A stretch of 64,000 nt of DNA from an uncultured Spirochaetota bacterium (GTDB lineage: Bacteria > Spirochaetota > Spirochaetia > SZUA-6 > CAVTHK01), in the NCBI GenBank assembly GCA_963734495.1, contig CAVTHK010000011.1, positions 96,001 through 160,000 of the forward strand, given 5' to 3'. A program made the translations under genes and the position numbers. Shown one piece after another: positions 1 through 10,957 of this stretch; position 1 is the stretch's first letter, and the number at the start of each line of letters is the position of its first letter. The notes under the pieces were generated by a model. It did no database searches. It was given only the letters and a program-made list of their open reading frames with translations, and was not told the DNA's origin.

Positions 1-447
1 AGCGTACTTGCCGGCGCCGGTGCTGACCAGGTTGAGGACGCCCTTGTGGAAGGTGTTCTCGCCCAGCTCCTTGACCACGCGGGTGGCCGCGTCCACGTCG
101 AGGATGCCGTCGGCGAGGAACGGCGCGACGCGCTCGATCCCCACGCGCGCGATGTCGGGGAGCCGGTTGGCGCCGCGGGCCGTGGCTATGCGCTGGCTCG
201 TGGTCGCCTCGTCTATCGGGACGATGCGGACGTCGACATCGGGGTTCTGCGCCATAAAGTGGTCCGCCACTTTTTCGTAGGCGACGATGCGGTACTCTTC
301 GTTGTCCGTGCTCCAGAGCTCGACCACGGTCTTCTTCGCGGCCGCGGTCTCGGAGACCGGCGAGGCCCGGAGCGGGACCGACGGCGCCGCCGCCAGCAGG
401 GCCGCGATCGCGAGCGCTCCGATCCAGGGGAAGTGTTTGCGGGACAT
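1..447 (-). CDS. Carbohydrate ABC transporter extracellular solute-binding protein (N-terminal part, runs off the window edge)
   Basis: Manual translation from ATG at 447 behind an AGGAGAGAGG RBS: MSRKHFPWIGALAIAALLAAA (signal peptide)...VVELWSTDNEE...FMAQNPDVDVRIV...RLPDI; lies downstream of a LacI regulator. Confidence 0.8.
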   Translation of the reverse strand, partial: MSRKHFPWIGALAIAALLAAAPSVPLRASPVSETAAAKKTVVELWSTDNEEYRIVAYEKVADHFMAQNPDVDVRIVPIDEATTSQRIATARGANRLPDIARVGIERVAPFLADGILDVDAATRVVKELGENTFHKGVLNLVSTGAGKYA

Positions 448-615
448 GTTCCTCTCTCCTTGTGTGTGGCTGCCCGGGCGCAACGCCATCCGTGGCGCGC
501 CCCGGGCCCGGTCGATCCATCGACCTTGCGATGCGTGAGTCCTCTCGTTTGCGTCCACCTCCCTTCGCGCGCCTTGCGGCGGACCGCCGGATGCGCGCTC
601 GCGCTTTGTCCCGGC

Positions 616-1665
616 CTACCCCCCGGTCGAGGCCCGCACGACGAGCTCCGGCATGATGATGATCTCGCGCTCCTCCAGCGGCTCGTCCCTGATGATCGCC
701 GCGAGCATCCGCACCACCCGGCGCGCCGTGTCGTAGGTCGGCTGCCTGAGCGTCGTGAGCGGAGGCTGGGTATGCGCCGAGTCCTCCGTGCCGTCGTAGC
801 CCGCCACGGCGACGTCCACGCCGGTCCTCAGGCCCTTCTCGTGAACGGCCCGCATCGCGCCGATCGCGGTGAGATCGTTGACGCCGAGGATCGCCGTCGG
901 AGGCTCCGGGAGGGCGAGGAGGCGCCGCGCCGCCTCGTAGCCGCCGTCGCGGGTCAGGTCGCCGGACGCGACCCACGACTCGTTGGGCTCCAGCCCGGCC
1001 GCGGTCAGGCCGTCGCGGTAGCCGGCGTGGCGCTCGGCCTCCAGCGTGATCCCTTTCGGCGCTCCGATGTAGGCGATGCGGCGGTGGCCCCGGGCTGCGA
1101 GGTGCGCCACCAGCCGCGCGAACGCGCCGCGGGAATCCATGTCGATAAAAGGGAACTGGCCGCGGTGCGCCGTGCGCCCGTTCGCGACGAATGGGAGGCC
1201 GCTCTTGAGCAGATAGCTCACCCGCCAGTCGCGCAGCCTCATGCGGTTCAGGATCATGCCGTCGACCAGGCGGCTGCAGATCCAGCGGGCGTAGAGCTTC
1301 TGCTCGGCCGGCGTATCCGGCTGCGCCTTGGAGACCAGCAGGTCGAAGCCCTGCGCCGTGACCTCGTCGCCGAGCCCCGCGATGAACTCCGAGAAGAAGG
1401 GGTCGGAGAAGCGGCCGCCGCTCGCGGGCAGGATGTAGCCGATGACGTCGGCGCGCCTGCGGCGCAGACCGCGAGCGGCGCTGCTCGGCGCGTAGCCCAT
1501 TTCGGCCGCGGCCTGCACCACGCGCTCGCGCGTCGCCTCTGCGACGTCGTCGTAGCCGTCGAGCGCGCGTGAGACCGTGGTGATGGAGAGCTCGAGCCGC
1601 GCCGCGACGTCGCGGATCGTGACCGACGGCCGCGGTCCGGGGACCCGCGCCCGTTTGCCGCCCAT
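616..1665 (-). CDS. LacI-family transcriptional regulator
   Basis: HTH VTIRDVAARLELSITTVSRAL, hinge YAPSSAARGLR, effector domain ending PPLTTLRQP...ELVVRAST; start placed at ATG 1665. Confidence 0.95.
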   Translation of the reverse strand: MGGKRARVPGPRPSVTIRDVAARLELSITTVSRALDGYDDVAEATRERVVQAAAEMGYAPSSAARGLRRRRADVIGYILPASGGRFSDPFFSEFIAGLGDEVTAQGFDLLVSKAQPDTPAEQKLYARWICSRLVDGMILNRMRLRDWRVSYLLKSGLPFVANGRTAHRGQFPFIDMDSRGAFARLVAHLAARGHRRIAYIGAPKGITLEAERHAGYRDGLTAAGLEPNESWVASGDLTRDGGYEAARRLLALPEPPTAILGVNDLTAIGAMRAVHEKGLRTGVDVAVAGYDGTEDSAHTQPPLTTLRQPTYDTARRVVRMLAAIIRDEPLEEREIIIMPELVVRASTGG

Positions 1666-1717
1666 CGCCGTCCCTTTGACGCTGTGGGACGTCCGCCCCC
1701 GGCGCTTCTTGTTTGCA

Positions 1718-1733
1718 GCCAAAACGTTTTGGC
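1718..1733. promoter_or_regulatory. Putative LacI-type operator, perfect palindrome GCCAAAACGTTTTGGC
   Basis: 16-bp perfect inverted repeat with a central CG and A-tract arms, about 50 bp upstream of the lacI start and downstream of a minus-strand TTGACA (1767-1772). Confidence 0.7.
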
Positions 1734-1966
1734 CCCCACTGACAGGATCGCGCACGGGAAACCCGTTGTCAACCCGCGCCTCCCGGCCGATCCAGGCCGA
1801 TCCCGGCCGCGCCTCCCGGCCCCTCCGAGCTCGCGCCTGCCGGCGCTTGCGGTGCGCTTGCCGCAGCCCGCCGCAGACCGCCCGCGCGCCCCCCGACGCA
1901 GCCCGCCGCAGCGCGTCGCGCGAGAGCTTGACAGCTCCCACCCCTTTCCTAGACTGACCGTCTGGT

Positions 1967-3892
1967 ATGGAGATTCTCAAGGGCCGCGGGCTCGCGGAGC
2001 TGCTCGAGCGCGTGCGCGGAGCGCGCCTGGCGATCGTCGGAGATTTCTGCCTGGACGCGTATCTCATCCTCGACCAGTCGCGCGCGGAGGTCTCGATCGA
2101 GACCGGCCTGGAGACGCGGGCCGTCCGTGAGCATCGCTATTCCCCGGGCGGCGCGGGCAACGTCGCGGCCAACTGCGCGGCGCTGGGAGTCGCCACGGTC
2201 CACGCCTTTGGGGTCGTCGGGCCCGATCTCTACGGCGTCGAGATTCGCAGGCAGCTCGAAGCGATGGGCGTCCGGACCGGAGCGCTGCTGGTGCAGCGGG
2301 AAGGCTGGAGCACCCACGTCTACACCAAGGCGATCCAGGGCGACGCCGAGCTCAACCGGGTCGACTTCGGGAACTTCAACGGCCTTGCCCCCGAAACGGG
2401 GACTGCCCTGCTCGGCCGCCTCGAAGCGATGCTGACCGAGCTGGACTGCGTCATCATCAACCAGCAGGTGCGCTGGGGCATCCAGACCGACGAGTTCCGC
2501 CGCGGCCTCGTGGAACTGGTCGCGCGCCACCCCGCCCGCGTCTTTGTCACCGATTCCCGCTCCTACGACGAGGAGTTCGCGGGGACGATCCGCAAGCTCA
2601 ACGACCGGGAGGCGGTCTCGATCTGCGGAGGGCAGGTGGCGGCCGACGGCGCCGTTTCCGGCTCAGCGGCGCGCGAGGCCGCGACGGAGCTTTACCGGCG
2701 GTGGGCGAAGCCCGTGGTGCTCACGCGGGGCGAGCACGGCTGCCTGGTCGTGGACGAACATGGCGTCCACGAGGTGCCGGGGATTCTGATCCTCTCTCGC
2801 GTCGACACCGTCGGCGCGGGCGACAGCCTGCTCGCGGGCTTTGCCGCGGCGCTGGCCGCCGGCGAGCCGCCGGCCGCGGCCGCGCAGCTCGGCAACTACA
2901 TGGCCGCGGTCACGGTGACCAAGCTCAACGTGACGGGCACCGCTTCGCCCGAGGAGATCCTCGCGGTCGGCTCCGACCCTGACTTCCGCTACCGGCCCGA
3001 GCTCGCCCGCTCGCCCCTGCGCGCCCGCTACGCCCCCGGGTCGGACGTCGAGATTGTCTCTTTCGAGCGGCCCCCGTCGCGCATCACCCACGCGATCTTC
3101 GACCACGACGGCACCATCTCGACGCTCCGGCAGGGCTGGGAGCAGATCATGGAGCCGATGATGATCCGCGCCGTGCTCGGCGACGGCCTCCACACGTGCG
3201 AGCAGTCGCGTCTCGACGCTGTCCGCGACGCGGTGCGCTGGTTCATCGACCGGACCACGGGCGTGCAGACCCTGGCGCAGATGAAGGGACTGATCGACCT
3301 CGTGCGCGACTTCGGCTTCGTGCCGGCGGAGCGCGTCCTCGACGAGCACGGGTACAAGGCGCTCTACAACCGCGAGCTCCTGGACATGGTGCGCCACCGC
3401 ACGGACACCCTCGCCAGGGGCGAGCTCGATGTCGCGGACTTCTCGATCAAGGGCGCCCCGGCTTTCGCGCGCGCGCTGGCTGAGAGAGGCGTCAAGCTCT
3501 ACCTCGCCAGCGGGACGGACCAGTCCGACGTCGAGGCGGAGGCGGAGGCGCTCGGCTACGCGGCGCTGTTCGAGGGCAGGATCTACGGCGCCGTCGGCGA
3601 CCTCTCCCACGAGCCGAAGCGGGAGGTGCTCGTCCGTATCCTCAAGGAGATCGGCGCCGGGGCGCGGGCCGCGCTCGTGACGTTCGGCGACGGTCCGGTG
3701 GAGCTGCGCGAGACCGTCAAGCGCGGAGGCCTGGCCGTGGGCGTCGCGAGCGACGAGCAGCGCCGCTGGGGCTGGAACATGCGCAAGCGCCAGCGGCTGA
3801 TCGAGGCGGGCGCGGCTCTGCTCGTGCCCGACTTTTGCCAGACGCGGGCCCTGCTGGCTCTGCTCGGCTTTGGCGACGGGGGCGCAGCGTGA
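1967..3892 (+). CDS. Fusion of a PfkB/HldE(RfaE domain I)-type sugar kinase and a HAD-superfamily phosphatase
   Basis: N-terminal IVGDFCLDAY, PGGAGNVAAN and PfkB signature DTVGAGD; C-terminal HAD motifs FDHDGTIS, ASGT, FGDGPVE. Confidence 0.85.
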   Translation: MEILKGRGLAELLERVRGARLAIVGDFCLDAYLILDQSRAEVSIETGLETRAVREHRYSPGGAGNVAANCAALGVATVHAFGVVGPDLYGVEIRRQLEAMGVRTGALLVQREGWSTHVYTKAIQGDAELNRVDFGNFNGLAPETGTALLGRLEAMLTELDCVIINQQVRWGIQTDEFRRGLVELVARHPARVFVTDSRSYDEEFAGTIRKLNDREAVSICGGQVAADGAVSGSAAREAATELYRRWAKPVVLTRGEHGCLVVDEHGVHEVPGILILSRVDTVGAGDSLLAGFAAALAAGEPPAAAAQLGNYMAAVTVTKLNVTGTASPEEILAVGSDPDFRYRPELARSPLRARYAPGSDVEIVSFERPPSRITHAIFDHDGTISTLRQGWEQIMEPMMIRAVLGDGLHTCEQSRLDAVRDAVRWFIDRTTGVQTLAQMKGLIDLVRDFGFVPAERVLDEHGYKALYNRELLDMVRHRTDTLARGELDVADFSIKGAPAFARALAERGVKLYLASGTDQSDVEAEAEALGYAALFEGRIYGAVGDLSHEPKREVLVRILKEIGAGARAALVTFGDGPVELRETVKRGGLAVGVASDEQRRWGWNMRKRQRLIEAGAALLVPDFCQTRALLALLGFGDGGAA

Positions 3893-4983
3893 TCGACCGC
3901 GGGGCCCTGCGCTTCCGCCCGCTCGCCGAGCGCGCGAACCGCGTGAGCGTGCTGCGCGACCTCGTGCGGCCGGGTGACGCGCCGCGGGCGCTGTCGCGCG
4001 CCGCGGCCCAAGCGGCGGCCGCGGCAGCCGGCGACCTGCGGAAGGCGCGGGCGGCGGGCCGCGCCCGCGTCATGGCGTTCGGCGCGCACGCGATCAAGAA
4101 CGGCCTCGCGCCCGTGCTGATCCGGCTCATCGAGAGAGGCTGGCTCACGCACCTGGCCACCAACGGCGCGGGCATCATCCACGACTGGGAGCTCGCCTAC
4201 ACGGGCGAGACCAGCGAGGACGTGCGGGCGAACGTGGCGCGCGGCGAGTTCGGCATGTGGGAGGAGACCGGCCGCTTCCTGAACCTCGCGATCGACGTGG
4301 GCGCGTACGCCGGCCTCGGCTACGGCGAATCCGTCGGCGCGTTGATCAGCCGCGACGGCCTCGAGATCCCCGCGGCCGCGGACCTGGAGCGCGCGGCCCG
4401 GCGCGCCGCGGACGACCCCGACGCGGCCGCGCGGGCCGCGGATCTCCTCGGCGTCGTGAGGCGCTTCGGGCTCGCTGCCGGCCGCCTCACGGTCGCGCAC
4501 AGCCACCCGGAAGTGAGTGTGGCGGCAGCGGCGTTCCGGCTCGGAGTCCCGTTCACCGGCCACCCGATGTTCGGCCACGACATCATCTACGCGCACCCGA
4601 TGAACCACGGCGCGTCGATCGGCCGCACCGCGGAGCGCGACTTCCTGCGCTTCGCCGCGAGCGTCGCCGGCCTCGGCAACGGCGGGGTCTACCTTTCGGT
4701 CGGTTCCGCCGTGATGTCGCCGATGGTCTTCGAGAAGTCGCTGTCGATGGCGCGCAACCTGGCCGCGAAGACCGGGGCGACGGTCGATGGCCAGAGCATG
4801 TACGTCGTCGACCTGCAGGAGTCGACGTGGGACTGGGGCGCGGAAGGAGAGCCGCCTCCCGACAACCCCGCGTACTACCTGCGGTTCTGCAAGACCTTCA
4901 GCCGCATGGGCGGCCGGATGGTGCCGGTAGCAGCGGACAACCGCGACTTCTTGCTTGCCCTCCTGTCTGCTCTGGAAACGTAA
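3889..4983 (+). CDS. Conserved protein with a deoxyhypusine-synthase-like (DHS-like NAD-binding) fold
   Basis: GTG start overlaps the upstream stop (GTGA); motifs GAHAIKNGL, HLATNGAGIIHDWE, SVGSAVMSPMVFEK resemble the DHS-like fold family. Confidence 0.6.
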   Translation: MIDRGALRFRPLAERANRVSVLRDLVRPGDAPRALSRAAAQAAAAAAGDLRKARAAGRARVMAFGAHAIKNGLAPVLIRLIERGWLTHLATNGAGIIHDWELAYTGETSEDVRANVARGEFGMWEETGRFLNLAIDVGAYAGLGYGESVGALISRDGLEIPAAADLERAARRAADDPDAAARAADLLGVVRRFGLAAGRLTVAHSHPEVSVAAAAFRLGVPFTGHPMFGHDIIYAHPMNHGASIGRTAERDFLRFAASVAGLGNGGVYLSVGSAVMSPMVFEKSLSMARNLAAKTGATVDGQSMYVVDLQESTWDWGAEGEPPPDNPAYYLRFCKTFSRMGGRMVPVAADNRDFLLALLSALET

Positions 4984-5108
4984 GGCCTGCGGCGCATAGG
5001 AGGGCTTGCCCTCCTGTCTGCTCTTGAAACGTAAGGCCTGCGGCGCATAGGAGGGTTGGCCCTCCTGTCAGCTCTTGAGGCGTAGGGCCTGCCGCGCGTA
5101 AGGAGGCC
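4954..5108. repeat. Three tandem copies of a 51-bp self-complementary unit
   Basis: Unit CTTGCCCTCCTGTCTGCTCTGGAAACGTAAGGCCTGCGGCGCATAGGAGGG at 4954-5004, one mismatch at 5005-5055, degenerate at 5056-~5108; ends CCCTCCT/AGGAGGG pair. Confidence 0.9.
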
Positions 5109-5222
5109 TCGCCGCTCCGGAGCCCGGGCGGGCCGCGGGGACCTTCTTCTCCACTATTCCTTGATTGTCCGGCTCAGACCCGCGTATCATGCCGCCGACG
5201 CTTCGGCGAAAAGGAGGATGCG

Positions 5223-5864
5223 ATGACGGCGGTCGAGCAGTGGCACAACGAGGCGGTGGGCAGGCGCGCCTGCGAGGCGCTCAGGAAGAACGGTTTCGAC
5301 GCCCGGTACGTCGCGACGGGACGCGAAGCGCTCGAGAATGTCGCGGGATTCATGAAACCTAAAATGAAGGTGGGCTTCGGCGGGTCAATGACCGTCGCGG
5401 CGATCGGCGCGCCCGCGAAGGCCAAAGAGCTCGGGGCCGAGGTGCTCGATCACAACGCACCGGGCCTCGACGCGGCGCGCAAGCTCGAGATCAGGCGCGC
5501 GCAGCTCACGTGCGACCTGTTCGTCGCGAGCTCGAACGCGGTGACGCTCGAGGGCGACATCGTCAACGTGGACGGCGCGGGCAACCGGGTTGCCGCGCTG
5601 ACGTTCGGCCCGAAGAAGACGGTGGTCGTGGTGGGGGCCAACAAGATCGTGCGGGACCTCGACGAGGCGTTCACCCGCCTGGAGACCGTCGCCTCGCCGA
5701 TGAACAACAAGCGGCTGAATCAGCCGAACCCCTGCGTCAAGAGCGGCCAGTGCGAGGACTGCGAAGGCGACACGCGCATCTGCCGGGTCTACCAGATCCT
5801 GCGGCGGCGGCCGTCGCTCGCCGATTTCACCGTCATTGTGGTGGGCGAGCCTCTGGGGTACTGA
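5223..5864 (+). CDS. LUD-domain (lactate utilization/YkgG-like) protein
   Basis: VGFGGSMT, ASSNAVTLEG.IVNVDGAGNRVAA..FGP, C-terminal PCVKSGQCEDC...RIC; AGGAGG RBS. Confidence 0.85.
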   Translation: MTAVEQWHNEAVGRRACEALRKNGFDARYVATGREALENVAGFMKPKMKVGFGGSMTVAAIGAPAKAKELGAEVLDHNAPGLDAARKLEIRRAQLTCDLFVASSNAVTLEGDIVNVDGAGNRVAALTFGPKKTVVVVGANKIVRDLDEAFTRLETVASPMNNKRLNQPNPCVKSGQCEDCEGDTRICRVYQILRRRPSLADFTVIVVGEPLGY

Positions 5865-5913
5865 GCGGGGCCGGGCTTTGGGCCCGTGCCTTGGGGTGGC
5901 ACGTTCTCGAAGC

Positions 5914-6387
5914 CTACGCGATCACGAGCCCGCGGATGCCGAGGACGAGCCCGACGCCCAGGCCGTACGCCACGTGGCCCGCGAGGTGCACGACCGCCAC
6001 GGCGAACCCCGCCTCACGGAACCGTTCCACGGGGTGGCGCTCCGCCACGGCGACCACCAGGATGAAGCTCATCACGAAGCCGTGAACGAACCCCAGCAGC
6101 GTCGCGGCGACGACGGTGAGCCAGAAGCCCTCCACGGAGAGGAAGCCGAGAACGAGCGTGTACAGCACGGCGAACACGACGCCGCCGGTGGCGTAGAGCG
6201 TCCCTCCCACGAGGAGAGCCCTGTCGAGCGAGCCGGTGAACACGCTTCCGATCGCCCTCACCATGTCCGCGTTGGCCATCCCGCTCCTGGTGGCCAGGCT
6301 CATCAGGAGCGTCATCGCCCCCGTCCCGACCAGCCCCGCAAGCAGGACCGTCACCAGGAAACGAACGACCAGGACGCCTTGGTCCAT
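5914..6387 (-). CDS. Hypothetical membrane protein (about 4 TM helices)
   Basis: 157 aa, strongly hydrophobic, with AGLVGTGAMT and C-terminal GHVAYGLGVG; GGAGG RBS. Confidence 0.7.
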   Translation of the reverse strand: MDQGVLVVRFLVTVLLAGLVGTGAMTLLMSLATRSGMANADMVRAIGSVFTGSLDRALLVGGTLYATGGVVFAVLYTLVLGFLSVEGFWLTVVAATLLGFVHGFVMSFILVVAVAERHPVERFREAGFAVAVVHLAGHVAYGLGVGLVLGIRGLVIA

Positions 6388-6513
6388 CCGGCACCTCCCT
6401 GCCGCGGCGATCGGGACGCCGCGGCCCGCCCGGCCCTCACCTCCCTTTCTTCGCTGTCACGCGGGCATCGGATCTCTTGACGACCGCTGCCTCGCGACGC
6501 GACTGTAAAATGT

Positions 6514-7504
<991 letters not shown>

Positions 7505-7544
7505 GGCGGGGCGCCCCGGCGCGGCCCCGCGCCAAGGCTCGCGC

Positions 7545-8774
7545 TCAGCGGGCGAGCCACCGGCCGAGCCACGCGAACGCTTCCTCCTGCATCGGAACGT
7601 CGAACTTGTGCGGTCCGTCGTAGAAGGACATGTTGAAGGCATCCCTCGCGCCGGCCTTTGCGTAGCACCGCTCGAGGATCGCCTGCGCGCGGCGCGCCTC
7701 CTCCAGCGTGAACAGCGGGTCCTGCGTCGTCTGCAGCACCAGGGCGGGCGCGGGCATGTGCAGGCTGAGCAGCTCGGGGTAGTCGAGCAGGCGGGTGAGG
7801 CGCGGCACGTAGACCATCCAGGTGTGGGTGTGGCAGACATTCAGCACGAAGTCGCGCCACGTCGTCATGAAGCCCGCCGTGACGGAGCAGCGGATGCGAT
7901 CGTCCACGGCAGCGAGCAGGTTGGTGCGGAGCCCGCCGCCGGAGAGGCCGCAGCAGCCGACGCGGCGCGCGTCGACGTCGGGCCGCGAGCAGAGCCAGGC
8001 GAGCGCGGCGCGGTCCTCGGCGAGGAAGACGCCGGGCCACGACATGCCCGCGGAGAAGAGCGATTTCGCCACGATGTCCTCGTGACGGCGGGCAAAGGCG
8101 TCGTAGGCGGCGATCTCTTCCGTGGTCTCCCGCGGCGAGACGTCGGCCACCGGCGAGGCCGCGGCGGCATCGGCGGGATCGAGCTCCTTTGCGGCGAGCG
8201 GGGGGCTCATCATGCGCTCGACGACGAGGGCCGGAAGCTGCGACGGCTCGACCCTGCGGCTGCCGAACAGGAACGCGTCGTGCGCCAGCACGGCGAAGCC
8301 GCGCAGCGCGAGCTCGTTCACCCAGGCCCGGCCGCCGTAGTAATGGGCCTGGTGGGCGACGATCATCTCGTGCTGCGGGGCGTCCGTGCGCGTGATCTTC
8401 TGATGGCCGAAGTACTTGGCCCCGCCGTGATCGTGCAGCGCGAGCACCGCGGGCAGAGGACCGGAGACGCCGGCCGGCTTCAAGAACACCGCTCGCGTGG
8501 GCGGCCCGTACGCGAGCGTCCATTCGAGCTCCTCGCCCTCGAGCCCGTCGGCGCGGAAGCGGCGGAGGACGCGGGCCTCGCGCGGCGCCGCCGCCGGCGG
8601 CCCCGCGAGCAGATCGGCGAGCCGTTCGCGCGCCGCCTGCTTCCACTCATCGACGGTCCTCCACCGCTCGTTGCGGAACGAGAGCGGCCCCGGGCGCTCG
8701 AGCGAGCTCTCCTCCAGCATGGCGGCGGCCCACGGTCCGTAGGGACCGATCATGTTGAGGGGGACGGTCGGCAT
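7545..8774 (-). CDS. Alpha/beta hydrolase (dienelactone hydrolase / acetylxylan esterase-like)
   Basis: LALHDHGG, nucleophile elbow GLSGGG, QDPLF, GPHKF; ATG 8774 with AAGGAGG RBS. Confidence 0.85.
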   Translation of the reverse strand: MPTVPLNMIGPYGPWAAAMLEESSLERPGPLSFRNERWRTVDEWKQAARERLADLLAGPPAAAPREARVLRRFRADGLEGEELEWTLAYGPPTRAVFLKPAGVSGPLPAVLALHDHGGAKYFGHQKITRTDAPQHEMIVAHQAHYYGGRAWVNELALRGFAVLAHDAFLFGSRRVEPSQLPALVVERMMSPPLAAKELDPADAAAASPVADVSPRETTEEIAAYDAFARRHEDIVAKSLFSAGMSWPGVFLAEDRAALAWLCSRPDVDARRVGCCGLSGGGLRTNLLAAVDDRIRCSVTAGFMTTWRDFVLNVCHTHTWMVYVPRLTRLLDYPELLSLHMPAPALVLQTTQDPLFTLEEARRAQAILERCYAKAGARDAFNMSFYDGPHKFDVPMQEEAFAWLGRWLAR

Positions 8775-8803
8775 GGCTCCTCCTTGCGTGCGTCGCGATC
8801 CGG

Positions 8804-9445
8804 TCACGGGAAAAGCGCCTCTTCCACCTCGGCGCAGAGGGCGTGATAGACCGGGAGGTGAAGCTCCTGGACGCGCATCGTCTCGCGGGCCGGCACGCAG
8901 ATCGCGATGTCGACGAGCCCGCGCAGCTTTCCCCCGGATGCGCCGGTGAGGCCGATGGTGGCGATTCCGGCGGCGCGCGCCGCGGCCGCGGCCGCGGCGA
9001 CGTTCCGCGCGTTGCCCGACGTGCTGATGCCGATGAGCATGTCGCCCCTGCGGCCGTAGGCGAGGACCTGCTGAGCGAAGACGTACTCCGGGTTCACGTC
9101 GTTCGCGAACGCCGTGAGGAGAGCAGGGTGCGCCGCGAGGCTGATCGCGGGAAGCCCGCCCTGCAAAGCCTCGGCCAGCGCGCGTCCTTCGCCGGGGAGG
9201 GCGCGCTCGATCGCCTCGCGGAGCGCGGCCGGAAGCGGCCGCTTCTTGAGGAAGCCTTTGACCAGCTCGCCCGCGATGTGGTCGCAGTCCGCGCAGCTTC
9301 CGCCGTTGCCGCACAGAAGGAGCTTGCCGCCCGCCGTGAAGCCCGCGATGAGAGCCCGTGCCGCCTGCCCGATCGCCGCGCGGCAGGTTTCGAGCGCGGG
9401 GTAGGCCGCCATCAGTGCCTCGATGTGAGAGAGCTTGTCCGCCAT
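8804..9445 (-). CDS. gmhA: SIS-domain phosphoheptose (sedoheptulose-7-phosphate) isomerase
   Basis: LCGNGGSCADCDHIAGEL, AFAND, FAQQV, ISTSGN, RVQELHL motifs; ATG 9445 with GAGGAG RBS. Confidence 0.8.
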   Translation of the reverse strand: MADKLSHIEALMAAYPALETCRAAIGQAARALIAGFTAGGKLLLCGNGGSCADCDHIAGELVKGFLKKRPLPAALREAIERALPGEGRALAEALQGGLPAISLAAHPALLTAFANDVNPEYVFAQQVLAYGRRGDMLIGISTSGNARNVAAAAAAARAAGIATIGLTGASGGKLRGLVDIAICVPARETMRVQELHLPVYHALCAEVEEALFP

Positions 9446-9585
9446 AGGCCCGCTCCTCGAGCGCGGACCGCGTGCCGCGCCCTCGATCCTTGTACCACGG
9501 GACGGCGAGCCAGAGAAAGAGTTGTCGGCGCCGCGGCCCCCTCCCGGAGAGCGGGCTTGCCGCTCCGCCGCCAAGGAGATATAGC

Positions 9586-10906
9586 TTGACCGTGGAACGC
9601 GAAGACCTGTGGACCTGGCTCGCCGCCACCCGGCGCGCGACCGAGACTTACCTGCGCGACAGGCTTCTGCCCTTCTGGATGCAGCGGATCCTCGAGCCGA
9701 AATACGGCGGCTTCCGCACCGCCTACGACCGGGACGGGCGGCCGAGCGGCGAGACGCAGAAGACCCTCCTCTGCCAGGGGCGGAGCCTCTTTACCCTCTC
9801 GTTCGCCGCGCGCCTGGGGTGGCACATCCGCGAGCTCGAGCGCCTCGCGCGCGAAGGCTCGCGTTTCCTCGAGCGCTTCCGCGACCCCGAGCACGGCGGC
9901 CACTTCTGGATCCTGGAGGAGGACGGGAGGGTCAAGGATGACTCCAAAGTCGTCTATGGCCTCTCGTTCATGATCTACGCGCTGTCCGAGTTTGCCCTGC
10001 TTACCGGCGACGGCCGGGCACGCGAGGAGGCGGGCTCCCTCTTCGACCTCCTGCTCGCGCGCGCCGCGGACATCGGCCACGGCGGGTTCTTCGAGCACTT
10101 CGACCGGAGGTTCGACCTGGCGGTCGTGCGGCCCGACGGGGTGGCTCACAAGTCGCTGGACGTGCACATGCACCTGATGGAGGCCTTTACCACGCTCTAT
10201 GAGCTCACCGGCCGGGAGCGGCACAGGCGCGCGCTCGTGGAGATGATCGAGCTCATCTACGGGCGCATGGTCGACCCGGGCACGGGCTGCGGCATCTCGA
10301 TGTTCGCGCCGGACTGGACGCCGATCGCGAACGTGCAGCTCGCAACCGTCTGGGGCTCCGACCGCTTCCAGGCCGGCAAGCCGCCGGAGATGACCTCATA
10401 CGGGCACAACATCGAGCTGGCCTGGCTCACGCTCCACGCGCTCGAAGTGCTTGCCCGTCCTGTCGGGCTTGCCGCGCGGGGCACGACCGGCCGCGGCGCC
10501 TGGCGCCAGCCCCGACGAGGCGCTGATGCGCTCGCGCGTCGAGCGGCTTTTCCGCCACACCGTCGAGCGCGGCGTCGACCGGGAGTACGGCGGTCTCTAC
10601 GTCGAGGGGCCGCGCGACGGCGACGCCACCGACACGGACAAGGAGTTCTGGCAGCAGGCCGAGGCCATGGTGGGCTTTCTCGATGCCTGGCTGCTCCTGC
10701 GCGACGAGCGGTACCTGGAAGCCTTCCGCTCGGTCTACGACTTCGTCTTCGGTCACCTCGTTCACCCGCAGCTCGGCGAGTGGTACGCGCTGGCGGATCG
10801 CCGCGGAAAGGTGCTGCGAAGCTACCTCGGACACAGCTGGAAGATCTGCTACCACACGGTGCGCGCCACCTGCCTGGTCGTGGAAAAACTCAAGAAGATC
10901 GTGTGA
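9586..10906 (+). pseudogene. AGE-family (cellobiose 2-epimerase-like) epimerase/isomerase, frameshift between ~10450 and ~10520
   Basis: HMHLMEAF and SYGHNIELAWL in frame 1; WQQAEAMVG and WKICYHTVRA in frame 2; TTG start behind AAGGAGA. Confidence 0.85.
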
Positions 10907-10957
10907 AGCCCGGCGCGCGGAGCGCACCGGGCTCAAGGCTCGCGCGCCTCGCGCGCG

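Noticed and set aside
4954-5108. Possible mini-CRISPR array
   Set aside because: Units are contiguous with no unique spacers, and there are no cas genes in the window.
7545-9629. 694-aa ORF as a single large hydrolase
   Set aside because: The N-terminal part is an off-frame read through gmhA; the real start is ATG 8774 with a clear RBS.
10907-10933. GC hairpins between convergent genes (also about 7506-7530)
   Set aside because: Probably ordinary terminators or chance pairing at high GC; no U-tracts, so not called.
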